Below are positions 1 through 10,154 of a stretch of DNA of 64,000 nucleotides, one piece after another. The stretch's first letter is position 1. Every line of letters begins with the position of its first letter. The translations under genes and the position numbers were made by a program. Under the pieces are notes generated by a model. It ran no database searches. It was not told the origin of the DNA and saw only the letters and a list, made by a program, of their open reading frames with translations. This DNA is from a virus. Where the stretch lies: IMG/VR virus record IMGVR_UViG_3300042691_029560, positions 1-64,000 of that record; one strand, 5' to 3'.

Positions 1-146
1 TCCGGGCAAGCCTTACAAATATCCATTCTCCCCTGGGCATGGCTTTCATCAATCTTACGAGCTTTAGGATTTAAGAGATCTAACGGTGTCACACCATTTT
101 TTTCTTTGTATTGCTCCCATCGGGACTTTTTAGGCTCAGTGTTCAC
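1..146 (-). CDS. Small Cys-rich protein, partial (runs off the window start)
   Basis: Manual translation from GTG at 146: MNTEPKKSRWEQYKEKNGVTPLDLLNPKARKIDESHAQGRMDICKACP...; overlaps the end of the upstream ORF; contains CxxC. Confidence 0.65.
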   Translation of the reverse strand, partial: MNTEPKKSRWEQYKEKNGVTPLDLLNPKARKIDESHAQGRMDICKACP

Positions 147-534
147 GGTGAAAAGGCTCCAATTTAGACATGTCGGTATCTATAATTACAAACTCGTTAT
201 TAACAAATAAAGCATTTGGAGACACAACGTATAGTCCATAAGGATATTCTAAAAGATTTAAAACTAGAGGCTCGCTAAGAAGAATACTTCCAAAATACTC
301 TGAAGTTTGAAACTCTTCTAAAACTTCACCGTCTTTTAAAAATTTAACGGTGATTCCATCATGGCCCGGGTAGTCTTCCGAGATGTCAACTATTTGGTCG
401 TATCCTGTAAAAATAGCAGCGTGCTCTACGGATAGCGGTAGGTCGTACAAGCATCGAGTATCTATTACCCAAACTAATGGAACGCCTCTAACTCCACCAG
501 CACTTGTAAATTGAATTGAATCATCTGTAAGCAT
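136..534 (-). CDS. Hypothetical protein downstream of the tail fibre
   Basis: 132-aa ORF, co-oriented and tightly packed with neighbours. Confidence 0.7.
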   Translation of the reverse strand: MLTDDSIQFTSAGGVRGVPLVWVIDTRCLYDLPLSVEHAAIFTGYDQIVDISEDYPGHDGITVKFLKDGEVLEEFQTSEYFGSILLSEPLVLNLLEYPYGLYVVSPNALFVNNEFVIIDTDMSKLEPFHREH

Positions 535-543
535 ATTTATATC

Positions 544-744
544 CTAGCAGTCGTAAGTCCAAGTAAATGGGCCTTGGGCGTCTACTGGAGAACAAGTTGC
601 TCCCAAACCAAAATCTGCAGCTGCGCAGATCCCAGTAGAAGTGCAACAAGCAAGAGACACTTGAGCACTTGTACAGTATTTACCGGAAGTCGGGGCACCA
701 GCCGATTTATATGATCCTATAAGTCCTTGCACGCAACCAGCCAT
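544..744 (-). CDS. Small Cys-rich tail-fibre-associated protein
   Basis: 66 aa; ATG overlaps the fibre stop (TAATG). Confidence 0.6.
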   Translation of the reverse strand: MAGCVQGLIGSYKSAGAPTSGKYCTSAQVSLACCTSTGICAAADFGLGATCSPVDAQGPFTWTYDC

Positions 745-3700
745 TATGTTAATCCGTTTCCGCTAATAATCCATGAAGTGGATGTGATCTTTACTGCAGT
801 AGCCATACCAAATGGAGCAAGAGTACGAGATCCTGTAGTTCCAGTACCTGCTAAATACATGGTATCAGAAGTAATAGCAATAGTCATAGTTGCACCCGAG
901 CCAGCAATAAACGTAAGTGTTGTGCCGATAGGCAGTGCAAGGTTTGTGTTTGAGTTGATTGTCACTGTGCGAGTAGCAGAAGCGTAAATATGCTTACCTG
1001 CATCTGCGGCTACAATAGTGTAAGAGCCAGTTGTTGTTGAATTTTGTGGAAGACCCATAAAACCTGCACCAGCTGCGGCGGTTGAGGTTGTACCATCTAG
1101 TGGGTTTGGGTCTGTTCCATCCGCATTTACGATGGTTCGTGCTGAACTAGAAGTTCCACGATATTTTAGAGCACCAGATTCAACAAATAGAACACCGCCA
1201 CCGCTAGGGTTGGAAGACGGAACAGTTCCAGCATTAGCTATACCAATAACACCGGATCCTCCACCGGTTCCTGCAGTTCCAGCAACTCTAAGGTTTCCCA
1301 TAGTAGTTAGAGTTGAAGATGTTAAGAAAGATCCGTCTGCAGTTATATAAGCTCTAACGGTACCATCTGATATTTGCCATTGTTGAATATCGGTAACCTG
1401 GCTTGCTGCAGCGCGAACAATTAAGCCTACCGTTGCGGCAGATCGAGAAACAGACGAGGCTTGGGCATAAACTCTAACTGTTCCAGCAACAGTTTGAGAT
1501 CCAGTAGTGGTGTTTGCATAAGTAAAGCTTGTAGTTGTTGGGGTAGAAGCAACAGAAAAAGTACCGTTATATCCAGTTGGAGTAATTCCAGCAACTGTTA
1601 CAATGTCACCAACAGCCAAGTTGTGGTTGTTTGTGGTAGTTATGGTTGCTGTAGTTCCGTCTCCAGAAGTGGCCGTTGTTGCCCCACCTGTTGATGTAGT
1701 CAACGGTGCAATAGATCCAGTAAAGATTTGTCCTACACCGCTACGTCCACCAACAATAGCGGCAGATCCATCCTGGTAATCAACAAGATTTGCTGTAATA
1801 GCTCCAAATCCACGCACCATAAAAGGTCTTTGAGCAGAAGAGTAAGCTTGAACAGCAAGATAAGCACCGTTACCAGGCTGCGCTGTGAGATTTCCAAAAA
1901 ATGCTCCGTTAGGTGCATTAAGAACATCAAATGTTCCCTTACCAGTCTGAGATACCGAGGCAACCGTGCTAGGAGCGCTTGTCTGCCACTCTTGGAGATT
2001 GACTGTCTGACCGCTTCTACCGCGAACAATTATGCCTTGAGAGCCAGTAGCCCTAGTTTGAACGTTTAAAGCCGCGCCATAATCAGCTGCACCATAAACA
2101 TATGTTTGAGCGGTAGTAAATAAAGTTGAATTAGTAAATAAAGCTCCCGATGACGCAACAGAAAAAAGTGTTGTGTTACCGCTATTATCTTGTCCAACTA
2201 ATAAATCAGCTGATTGACTAGCTGCCCCACGAATAACAACACCAATACGAGTGGATAATTGACTATAAACGTCCAACTGGGCGATAGGAGCAGTATTTCC
2301 AATACCAACCTTAGCTGCAGCGTCAATGCTAATTGCTTCACCCAGTGCTCCAGTCGGAGCGAGTAAAGTTAGTCTTGGATTACCGCTTCCATCTGATTTT
2401 AGATACAGTCCTGACTGCCATAGATCAGATGTGTTTGATAAGAGTATGCCCCTTGATTGGTTGGCTGCGTTTGCTACTGGTTTTAGTGTTAGTGCGCCTG
2501 CGCTTGTAACTAACGCAACAGTAGTCGCTGTTGTACCATTCCAAGTTTGCCACTGCTGTAAGTCAGCAGTCTGACCATTAGCACCACGAATAATAGCCCC
2601 AACATTTGTTGTAGATGTGGAATAGACACCTAACTGAACTCCAGAAGCTGAAGAATTAAGACCAATAGTCATATTGCCAGAAGTCAACATGTTGTTGAAG
2701 TTTTGGTAGAAACCGTTGTGAGTAATTGTTCCTGCAAAGAAAGCTCCTCCAGCAGCATCCATAGTTATAACAGCGGAGCCACCAGATCCTTCAATTCTAA
2801 GCATGTTAACACCCTGATTAACAGCTGCTCGAAGTATGAAAGGAGTGGTAGCAGCCGATCTAGCAACAATAGATGCTTGTGCATCAATTGCAACGGTACC
2901 AGCAACAGTTTGAGCACCAGTAGTTGCGTTGTTATAGGTAAAACTTGTTGTTGTAGGAGTTCCAGTAACAATATATGTTCCGTTATATCCTGTTGGTGTT
3001 ACACCTGCAACGGTAACCCTATCACCAGAAGCCAAATTGTGGTTTGATGTAGTTGTAATTGTCGCGACAGAGCCTGTACCAGAGGTTGCAGTAGTTGCAC
3101 CGCCAGTAGATGTGGTTAGTGGTTGTGCTGAACCTGAGAATAACTGACCATTAGCGTTTACACCACCTAAAGTAGTTCCGCTAGAGTTCAGTAAAACGCT
3201 TAGATGGTTTACCTGCAAAGCACCGCCACGAACCGCAAGACCCCAAGTATTAGCAGAAGTCTGGACACCAAGGAATGCCAAACCTACAGATATTCCACCA
3301 AAGTTTCCAGCAGTTGTAGAATTAAAACGACCAGAAGAGTCAATGCTTGCTAATGTAGTTGCTGTACTTCCGTTCCATGATTGCCAATCTTGCAAGTTTC
3401 CTGTCTGTCCACTAGCACCACGAATAGTTACTGGAACCGTAGCATTTGTTGAACCAGTTATTGGCTGGACAAACAATCTATTAGAAGAAAGTTGACTAAA
3501 GTTTTCAACAACAAAGTTAGAAAATGTTGCAGAATCATTTACTGGAACATAGATAGTTCCTGTAGTAGATCCAGCATCCAAACCAAGATAAGTTTTTCCA
3601 GAAGGAGTGTAGCTTTCAGTTGTGTTATTTTGAACAATTTTTCTTACTTTAAATGAAACTACTCTATACACGTCTGGCTGACGTACTTGAATTTCATACA

Positions 3701-6700
3701 AAGAAGAACTTGTTTTTACAACACGAACGTAGTTTACGCTTGGACCTAAAACAACCGCAGCAAGTACGTCATCTTGAGTACCCATGCTTCTTGTAATTTT
3801 TACATAGAATTTAAAAGTCTGAGGGGTATTTGAACTTCCAGCAATTCCATAATTATCAAAGTTATCTACAACATCAACTTGATAAGATGCGCCTGTGTAT
3901 AATCCAGTAGGAGCTGTTACCTCTATTAGTTTTTTCCAAGCAGTGTCAGTTGCACCTGCGGACTCCACCGCGTAGTCATAAATAGTTGTCCCACCTGGAA
4001 TATACATTCTTCCAAGGTAATCAACCTTAGATAAAGTTTCAGGAGTTGCCGCATTGTTTTGCCATCTTTGAAGATCTGCGCTTTGGCTAGTAGCCCCTCG
4101 AACAACTAATCCAACTGTTCCAGAAGCATCCGTATAAACAGATAATGTTCCAAGCTTTGTATTACTTTGGCCAACTACTACAGATCCATCTGCAGCCCAC
4201 GCGCCTCTAGCATTTCCAGAACCATCGTATGCCCTAATAAAAGGACCGCCATTCATAAAGAAGTTTATGCCAACTATAGATGAGCTAGAACCTCTAATTT
4301 CTACGGTTGGGGTAAATCCGCCCCAAGCGGTAGGTGTACTAGAAACACCAAAACCGCTTGTCGTAGTACTTGTAATAATTCTTCCAATGGTATTTACACC
4401 ACCTGCACCAATAAACTGAGCACCTGCAGTAGAGCCAGTGCTAGACATATTGTCTATAAGACCTTCTTCTACACCAGCTGTTCCAGTTCTAGCAGCTAGT
4501 TTCAAAGTTCCAGCAGTTGTCCCGTCTTCTACGTAGAATCGAGCAAAATCAGCAGCCGGGTTAGTTACTGTGGACGTAGTTTTCTTCATTGCAAGAAGTG
4601 CTCCACCAAAAGCTGCTTCAAATGAGCCAAGAGATCCATTAAGAACCCAGCCAACGCTCCAAGCATAGAAACTGGTGTCTACCCTCACCTGTGGAGACCC
4701 ACCGCTATTTTGAATTTGGAATACGTCAACAGTTGGAGTTAGGGGAGCTTTTACAATTAAAGGCGTTTGGCCAGAATTACTGGTTGTGTTAGTTACAGGA
4801 CCGTAGAAAGAACCACCAGCTCTAGGCATCATGCTCGTTGACCACATATCAGAATTAAAGTTATATGCCCACAAATGTTGAATTCTAAGTTGAGTGCTAT
4901 TAGGGCTAGAAATCGTATAGCGAATCTGATTTATACCAGTAGCGTTTCCATTTGTTAAACCAGAAACAGCAGCAAATATATCTTCACTTGTATTAGTTGT
5001 AGTAGTAAATACAGTTACCCAAGAACTACTATCTAAAGAAAAGACTTCAATAGTCACGCTGTTAGCTCTAAAAGTAGAACTACCAAAACTAAGACCCACC
5101 CATGTTCCATAGGTTAAAGTTCTAGGTAGTGGGACAGTAATAACTAGTGGAAATGTAAATCCACTTGTTGGGCTGATGTTAAAGAAACTTGCTGTGCCAT
5201 CAAACATGGCATCCCAGTTAGCATTTGAAATACTGTAAGAAACACCATTTTGTGTTGCACTTACAGTTGATCCACGAAGCCTGGCATTAGCCATATCATT
5301 TGCCAAATAAGCGTTATACATAAATCTACCTTCTGGATTATGTCCAGCAAAGTAGCTGCTACCATACAGGTTTGATGATGTATTTGTTGCTAAATAAAGG
5401 TTTGAGTCGCTAGATCCATCAGCCTTTAAAAACTGGCTAGACGTTCCACCAGATTTTACAAAAGAAGTTCCGCTAACAACACCGGTGCTGCTAACAAGTC
5501 CACGAATGATCGGCTGACCAGTGTATGGAATGTACATCTCCGGAACGTATGTGGCAATGACTCCGCTATCAAATGATAGAGTCCCAGTGGGAGCAGTAGT
5601 AGTTGAAGCAGGGTTTTTATAGATTATCGTGCTGCTATCAATACCGTGGGTTATATTGTAAGAAAATGTAGTGTACTGCCCTGATGAAGCTTGTAAATAC
5701 ACCGACACCGATCCATTAGTTTCGGTGTAAGTCACAATACGAGCAGACACTCTTACTGTTCCCTCTAAATAGTATCGGTATGTAAAAGCATTTCTATTGC
5801 TTAGTAGTACTCTTGCTCTTGCTTTAGCAACAGAACCCCAGTTATCATCAAGCACAGCGTCAACAATAATGTGATCAAATGTTCCAGCAGTAGATATAGG
5901 AAGAGTAGCAATTTTCCAGTATGTTGTTGAAGCTGGAGCACCAGAAGAAACGCTAAATCCATAAGCTGTTTTTCCTGGATACAAACCACCGGTAGCAGAG
6001 ACATCTCCAGTAAAGTTTATTGTTCCGTCAGCTGAAACTATATTTTGTGCTGATCCTGATGTTCCAAGATATTTTAGAGCACCAGTATCAACATAAAGAA
6101 TACCTCCACCAGTTGGAAGAGATGCAGGTACGGTTGTAGCATTAGAAATACCAATTACACCTGATCCACCACCTAAGCTGGCAGATCCACCGCCCAGTTG
6201 AATATTTTTTAAGCTAGCAAGGGTAGCAACGGTTGATCCATCGCTGACAGCAGAAATAGTAGCCCCTTGCAACGTTCCAGTAGCTCTTACTCCCCCCTGA
6301 GGAGAGATATTTGCAATAACAGTTCCGGAAGCATTTTGCCATTCTTGGAGATTATTTGCCTGAGTTACCGTAGCGGTACCACCAGAAACAAAAGCTCCAG
6401 TAGCAGCATTAGTTACTGTAAATGTTGTTTGTGATGGAACTGTAGCGATCGTAACGGACGTTAGGTTGTATGCTCCCGGGTTTACTCCAGTAATTGTTAC
6501 AACGTCACCGGCATCCATATAATGAGCCGTAGACGTAGTGTAGGTTACTGTAGTTCCATTTCCAGAAACGTTCGATACAGTTGCAGTTCTAGTTTTTGCT
6601 TTTACAATAAGTCTTGTATTTGTTCCTCTAGATTCTAATACGGTATTTTTTGCATCAGAGTTGAAGGTTGATAACCCAACTAAGTTAAAAATAACTCTTT

Positions 6701-9700
6701 CCGGATCACTGTTGAAAGAAAAATAACTAGCAGAACCAGCCGGGCCTCCAAGATATAAATTTCTAGTAGTGGAATCAAAGCCAATTCCAGCCCAAGAGTT
6801 GTAGTTCCAGTTATTACCACTTTCAAATCTAAGTTGATTTAGATTTCTAATATTTATTTCTTTATTGCCTTGATACCCTAAAGTAGTAGTCCCAGGAAGA
6901 TTTAAATATGGAGTAGATCCGCCAGTCGCATTTAGAGTGAGACTTGTGGATATAGTTGGGCTAGTAGCAAGAACAACGTCTCCAGTTCCAGTGTAAGTAC
7001 TAAAGTCTGTAAGACCAGCTTCCCAGTTGGCTGCACCGGTTCCTGCGGTTGCAATACAAGTAACCATTGCAGTAGTTCCAGGAATAATTGTAAATACTAA
7101 GTTTCCACCAGAAGAGTTAACTGTTAAGTTAGCAGTGCTGTTGTTAACAATGTGGAATGTCCAACCAAGAGCTAGGGTGCTAGTTACAGGAAGAGTGATC
7201 GTTTGAGCAGTACTTCCAGTGAATTGCTGATAGTAAGTGCTACTGTTTGTTAGAACTACTGGAGTTCCAGATGTGACCGTGGTAGTAAAGCCAGTCAAAG
7301 CTGTCAAAGATGCAGAAGACGTTGTAGATGTCAGGTTTCCGCTAGCATCTACCTTCACAAATCCGGCAGTACCACCAGATAAAGCTCCAACCTTAGTAAG
7401 AGACGAGTTAACTACGCTAGATCCTAGGGTAGTTGCAGTTAAAACAGAAGTTCCAGCAATGTCGTACGAAGTTCCAGGAGAGACAATGTCTATGTCCTGG
7501 TTTGAAGTCCAAGCATCAGTAGCATTGTACCAATTCCAAGTTTTATCCGGAGCGGTTCCCTTTACAGTAATACCTGCGCCATCGGCCAAAGCATCTGATG
7601 GGGATGCTGTACTTGCAAGTTCAATATTTTTATCATCAACAGTAATGGTTGTGGAATTTACAGTAGTTGTAGTTCCATTAATAATCGTGTTTCCGTTAAC
7701 AGTCAAAGTTCCAGCAACTACAACGCCAGCAGAAGTTACTGTCAATCTATCGGTATTTACGTCTGTATATCCACCACCAGAAACTACAAACTTTTTAGAT
7801 TTTATTTGAACAACAGATTGACTAGAAGACTCGTCCCAGTATCCAGCAATAAGGGCATATTCTTCAGCAAAAACATAATCAGTTAAACCGGAGTGATATT
7901 TTTTATTAGCAATTAGCTCAAAACCAGAATCCCTATCACCAGTAATAGTTTTTAAAGACGATACGAGATCTACATAATCTCCACCATTATTTATGTATCT
8001 ATATGTACCGCTAGTAACTGTCAAGGTTTCATAGTCAGTAGGGAGAACTACCTTTGATGCTAAAGAATCAGATGTAGTTACATTAGGAGAAACAAGCATA
8101 GATCTGCTGAAATTAGACTGCTTAAATCCAACGTAATTAAAGTAGTCTAAAGATGCAGTTTGAGTGTCAAGGTCTACGTTTATCCACTGTTTGGTGCCTT
8201 CAATAGAGGCCTGAGCGGGGTCGTAACTTGGAACTAGATCGGTTGTAGAGTACCATCTAATATTTGGAAGGCTGCCTCCAAAAAAGCTTTTATTAGTTGT
8301 GGATACGTATAAGTTATCTATTAAATATGAAAAACTAGTAATCTTTGTTGGAGATCCGCTAACATAACCCGCTCCATTGTGGGTATACATCCAACCAGGG
8401 ATATCTATGTAGATATCTGCTTTGCTTGCATAGTTAGTGCTGTCAAGAGTCTTATATTTAATTGCAAGTTTATTTGCATCAATAATTATTGAATTAGATT
8501 TTTCCATATACGGAATGCCAATAGCCGCATCATGGTACCCAAGTGAGTAAAGTATAGGGTCAGAAATTAAATATTTACCGGTTCCGGCGTCCCAAAGAGC
8601 TTTAGTTTCTACAGATAAAACATCATAAAGATTTACAGTAGACCCGTTGCCAAAACGTAGTCTAATATCAGAAAGATTAAATGCAGCGTTTGTAACTGTA
8701 TAAATATAGGCAGACCGAGTTCCGTAACCATCATCTCCAAGATCCACAGTTGTATTTGGATTACGTATTTCATCGACTGCAACAAGAGTTACATTGTCTT
8801 CAAGAGTATCCGTAGTGGTGTACCCAGAATCTATGTAAAAAGTAGTAGAACTTGGAGCAGGAGAAGACAAGACCGTCTGTGTTCTTGTATAACCACCAGT
8901 AACATTTTTTCTAGTTATGCGTCCTAAATACTCTCCAAGAAGAGAGTCAAACTGGACACCGTCAAAATCTAAAAGAACGGTGTCTCCACCAGACAACCCG
9001 TGGGCACCAGAAGTGTCAATTTGCCAATATAAAGCTCCACCAGGGCCGGCGTATCTTGAAACAGACGTAGGGACCGATCTGGTTGATGTGTACCTAGGAA
9101 ATACTGTAAGACCTAAGTATAAAACTCTACCAAAATCATAAAGATTGTACTGATCGCCAACTGTGTAGTCTAATTTTCCAGAAAGATATGTAGATAACGC
9201 GCTAGACCAAATAGCCCTACCACCGTAGTTGCTATCGTATTGGTATTGAGGACCAACTCCACCATCATTAAATTGCTCAGTAGCAAAAGTTATTCCAGCA
9301 CCAGCTGTCCAAGAAGACGTGCTGGCTATTCTAGATCCTCCGGAGTTTATGTACTCAAAACTTGGATTTTCTAGTAAGTTTACATCTTCAGCTGAAACGT
9401 AAGCAACACCAGTATTTGAGAAGTACCCATAGTCAAATTCAGATTTTGAGTAATCACGCAAATAAAGACCAGCGACATCTTTATTGTAAAAAGTTACATA
9501 GCCCTGAGACTCCGAATCAGCTACATCAGTGCCGGTGTTGCTGTAGCTAATAGTTCTATAATCTACATCAGTTACCTGTACTTTTTCACCGTTTGAGTTA
9601 AATGTAGTGTCATCTTCAAGACCAACAATTATGTAGTCCCCAACAAGAATGTCATGACCTTCAATTGTTAGAGTAGCAACGTTACTTGTACGACTTTTTC

Positions 9701-10154
9701 TAGTAACGTCGTACGGGTCTGGAGAATAAGATTTAAATAGTGCAACATAACTACCTGAAGTAACGTCTTCATCGTTATCACCAAATCCAGAGCTTTCAAG
9801 AAATGTTCCAAGAAGCGTGGTAGATCCGATCACACGAGTAACTGCTGGGCTAGAGATATTCCAATAACCAATTGCACCGGCATAGGCAGTTATATCACCA
9901 CGAACAACTACGCTTCCAAACTCAGCATCACCGTTACCACTGATTCTCCAACCAGCTTCTCCAGCAATGTAATTACCACTTTGTATGGCTTTTTGAATAA
10001 TCTCTAGTTCTTCAGCTAGAGCAGATTCACTGACGGCATTAGCAGCAATTGAGTTCGAGTACTCGGTTCTGTACTCCGAGTAACGAGATTTTTCATCTAA
10101 GTAATTTAGATAAGAACCAATACTACGATTTCTAGAAAGTCTATTACTACCCAC
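744..10154 (-). CDS. Large tail fibre / receptor-binding minor tail protein (3136 aa)
   Basis: Follows the Tal-like gene. N-terminal GWRISGNGDAEF motif typical of phage tail proteins; G/S/T-rich; repeated H-x-L-x-x-G-D beta domains and LQxWQ repeats; C-terminal IISGNGLT. Confidence 0.85.
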   Translation of the reverse strand: MGSNRLSRNRSIGSYLNYLDEKSRYSEYRTEYSNSIAANAVSESALAEELEIIQKAIQSGNYIAGEAGWRISGNGDAEFGSVVVRGDITAYAGAIGYWNISSPAVTRVIGSTTLLGTFLESSGFGDNDEDVTSGSYVALFKSYSPDPYDVTRKSRTSNVATLTIEGHDILVGDYIIVGLEDDTTFNSNGEKVQVTDVDYRTISYSNTGTDVADSESQGYVTFYNKDVAGLYLRDYSKSEFDYGYFSNTGVAYVSAEDVNLLENPSFEYINSGGSRIASTSSWTAGAGITFATEQFNDGGVGPQYQYDSNYGGRAIWSSALSTYLSGKLDYTVGDQYNLYDFGRVLYLGLTVFPRYTSTRSVPTSVSRYAGPGGALYWQIDTSGAHGLSGGDTVLLDFDGVQFDSLLGEYLGRITRKNVTGGYTRTQTVLSSPAPSSTTFYIDSGYTTTDTLEDNVTLVAVDEIRNPNTTVDLGDDGYGTRSAYIYTVTNAAFNLSDIRLRFGNGSTVNLYDVLSVETKALWDAGTGKYLISDPILYSLGYHDAAIGIPYMEKSNSIIIDANKLAIKYKTLDSTNYASKADIYIDIPGWMYTHNGAGYVSGSPTKITSFSYLIDNLYVSTTNKSFFGGSLPNIRWYSTTDLVPSYDPAQASIEGTKQWINVDLDTQTASLDYFNYVGFKQSNFSRSMLVSPNVTTSDSLASKVVLPTDYETLTVTSGTYRYINNGGDYVDLVSSLKTITGDRDSGFELIANKKYHSGLTDYVFAEEYALIAGYWDESSSQSVVQIKSKKFVVSGGGYTDVNTDRLTVTSAGVVVAGTLTVNGNTIINGTTTTVNSTTITVDDKNIELASTASPSDALADGAGITVKGTAPDKTWNWYNATDAWTSNQDIDIVSPGTSYDIAGTSVLTATTLGSSVVNSSLTKVGALSGGTAGFVKVDASGNLTSTTSSASLTALTGFTTTVTSGTPVVLTNSSTYYQQFTGSTAQTITLPVTSTLALGWTFHIVNNSTANLTVNSSGGNLVFTIIPGTTAMVTCIATAGTGAANWEAGLTDFSTYTGTGDVVLATSPTISTSLTLNATGGSTPYLNLPGTTTLGYQGNKEINIRNLNQLRFESGNNWNYNSWAGIGFDSTTRNLYLGGPAGSASYFSFNSDPERVIFNLVGLSTFNSDAKNTVLESRGTNTRLIVKAKTRTATVSNVSGNGTTVTYTTSTAHYMDAGDVVTITGVNPGAYNLTSVTIATVPSQTTFTVTNAATGAFVSGGTATVTQANNLQEWQNASGTVIANISPQGGVRATGTLQGATISAVSDGSTVATLASLKNIQLGGGSASLGGGSGVIGISNATTVPASLPTGGGILYVDTGALKYLGTSGSAQNIVSADGTINFTGDVSATGGLYPGKTAYGFSVSSGAPASTTYWKIATLPISTAGTFDHIIVDAVLDDNWGSVAKARARVLLSNRNAFTYRYYLEGTVRVSARIVTYTETNGSVSVYLQASSGQYTTFSYNITHGIDSSTIIYKNPASTTTAPTGTLSFDSGVIATYVPEMYIPYTGQPIIRGLVSSTGVVSGTSFVKSGGTSSQFLKADGSSDSNLYLATNTSSNLYGSSYFAGHNPEGRFMYNAYLANDMANARLRGSTVSATQNGVSYSISNANWDAMFDGTASFFNISPTSGFTFPLVITVPLPRTLTYGTWVGLSFGSSTFRANSVTIEVFSLDSSSWVTVFTTTTNTSEDIFAAVSGLTNGNATGINQIRYTISSPNSTQLRIQHLWAYNFNSDMWSTSMMPRAGGSFYGPVTNTTSNSGQTPLIVKAPLTPTVDVFQIQNSGGSPQVRVDTSFYAWSVGWVLNGSLGSFEAAFGGALLAMKKTTSTVTNPAADFARFYVEDGTTAGTLKLAARTGTAGVEEGLIDNMSSTGSTAGAQFIGAGGVNTIGRIITSTTTSGFGVSSTPTAWGGFTPTVEIRGSSSSIVGINFFMNGGPFIRAYDGSGNARGAWAADGSVVVGQSNTKLGTLSVYTDASGTVGLVVRGATSQSADLQRWQNNAATPETLSKVDYLGRMYIPGGTTIYDYAVESAGATDTAWKKLIEVTAPTGLYTGASYQVDVVDNFDNYGIAGSSNTPQTFKFYVKITRSMGTQDDVLAAVVLGPSVNYVRVVKTSSSLYEIQVRQPDVYRVVSFKVRKIVQNNTTESYTPSGKTYLGLDAGSTTGTIYVPVNDSATFSNFVVENFSQLSSNRLFVQPITGSTNATVPVTIRGASGQTGNLQDWQSWNGSTATTLASIDSSGRFNSTTAGNFGGISVGLAFLGVQTSANTWGLAVRGGALQVNHLSVLLNSSGTTLGGVNANGQLFSGSAQPLTTSTGGATTATSGTGSVATITTTSNHNLASGDRVTVAGVTPTGYNGTYIVTGTPTTTSFTYNNATTGAQTVAGTVAIDAQASIVARSAATTPFILRAAVNQGVNMLRIEGSGGSAVITMDAAGGAFFAGTITHNGFYQNFNNMLTSGNMTIGLNSSASGVQLGVYSTSTTNVGAIIRGANGQTADLQQWQTWNGTTATTVALVTSAGALTLKPVANAANQSRGILLSNTSDLWQSGLYLKSDGSGNPRLTLLAPTGALGEAISIDAAAKVGIGNTAPIAQLDVYSQLSTRIGVVIRGAASQSADLLVGQDNSGNTTLFSVASSGALFTNSTLFTTAQTYVYGAADYGAALNVQTRATGSQGIIVRGRSGQTVNLQEWQTSAPSTVASVSQTGKGTFDVLNAPNGAFFGNLTAQPGNGAYLAVQAYSSAQRPFMVRGFGAITANLVDYQDGSAAIVGGRSGVGQIFTGSIAPLTTSTGGATTATSGDGTTATITTTNNHNLAVGDIVTVAGITPTGYNGTFSVASTPTTTSFTYANTTTGSQTVAGTVRVYAQASSVSRSAATVGLIVRAAASQVTDIQQWQISDGTVRAYITADGSFLTSSTLTTMGNLRVAGTAGTGGGSGVIGIANAGTVPSSNPSGGGVLFVESGALKYRGTSSSARTIVNADGTDPNPLDGTTSTAAAGAGFMGLPQNSTTTGSYTIVAADAGKHIYASATRTVTINSNTNLALPIGTTLTFIAGSGATMTIAITSDTMYLAGTGTTGSRTLAPFGMATAVKITSTSWIISGNGLT

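Noticed and set aside
744-10154. Diversity-generating retroelement target in the fibre
   Set aside because: No reverse transcriptase in the window, and internal duplicates differ at all base types rather than only at adenines.
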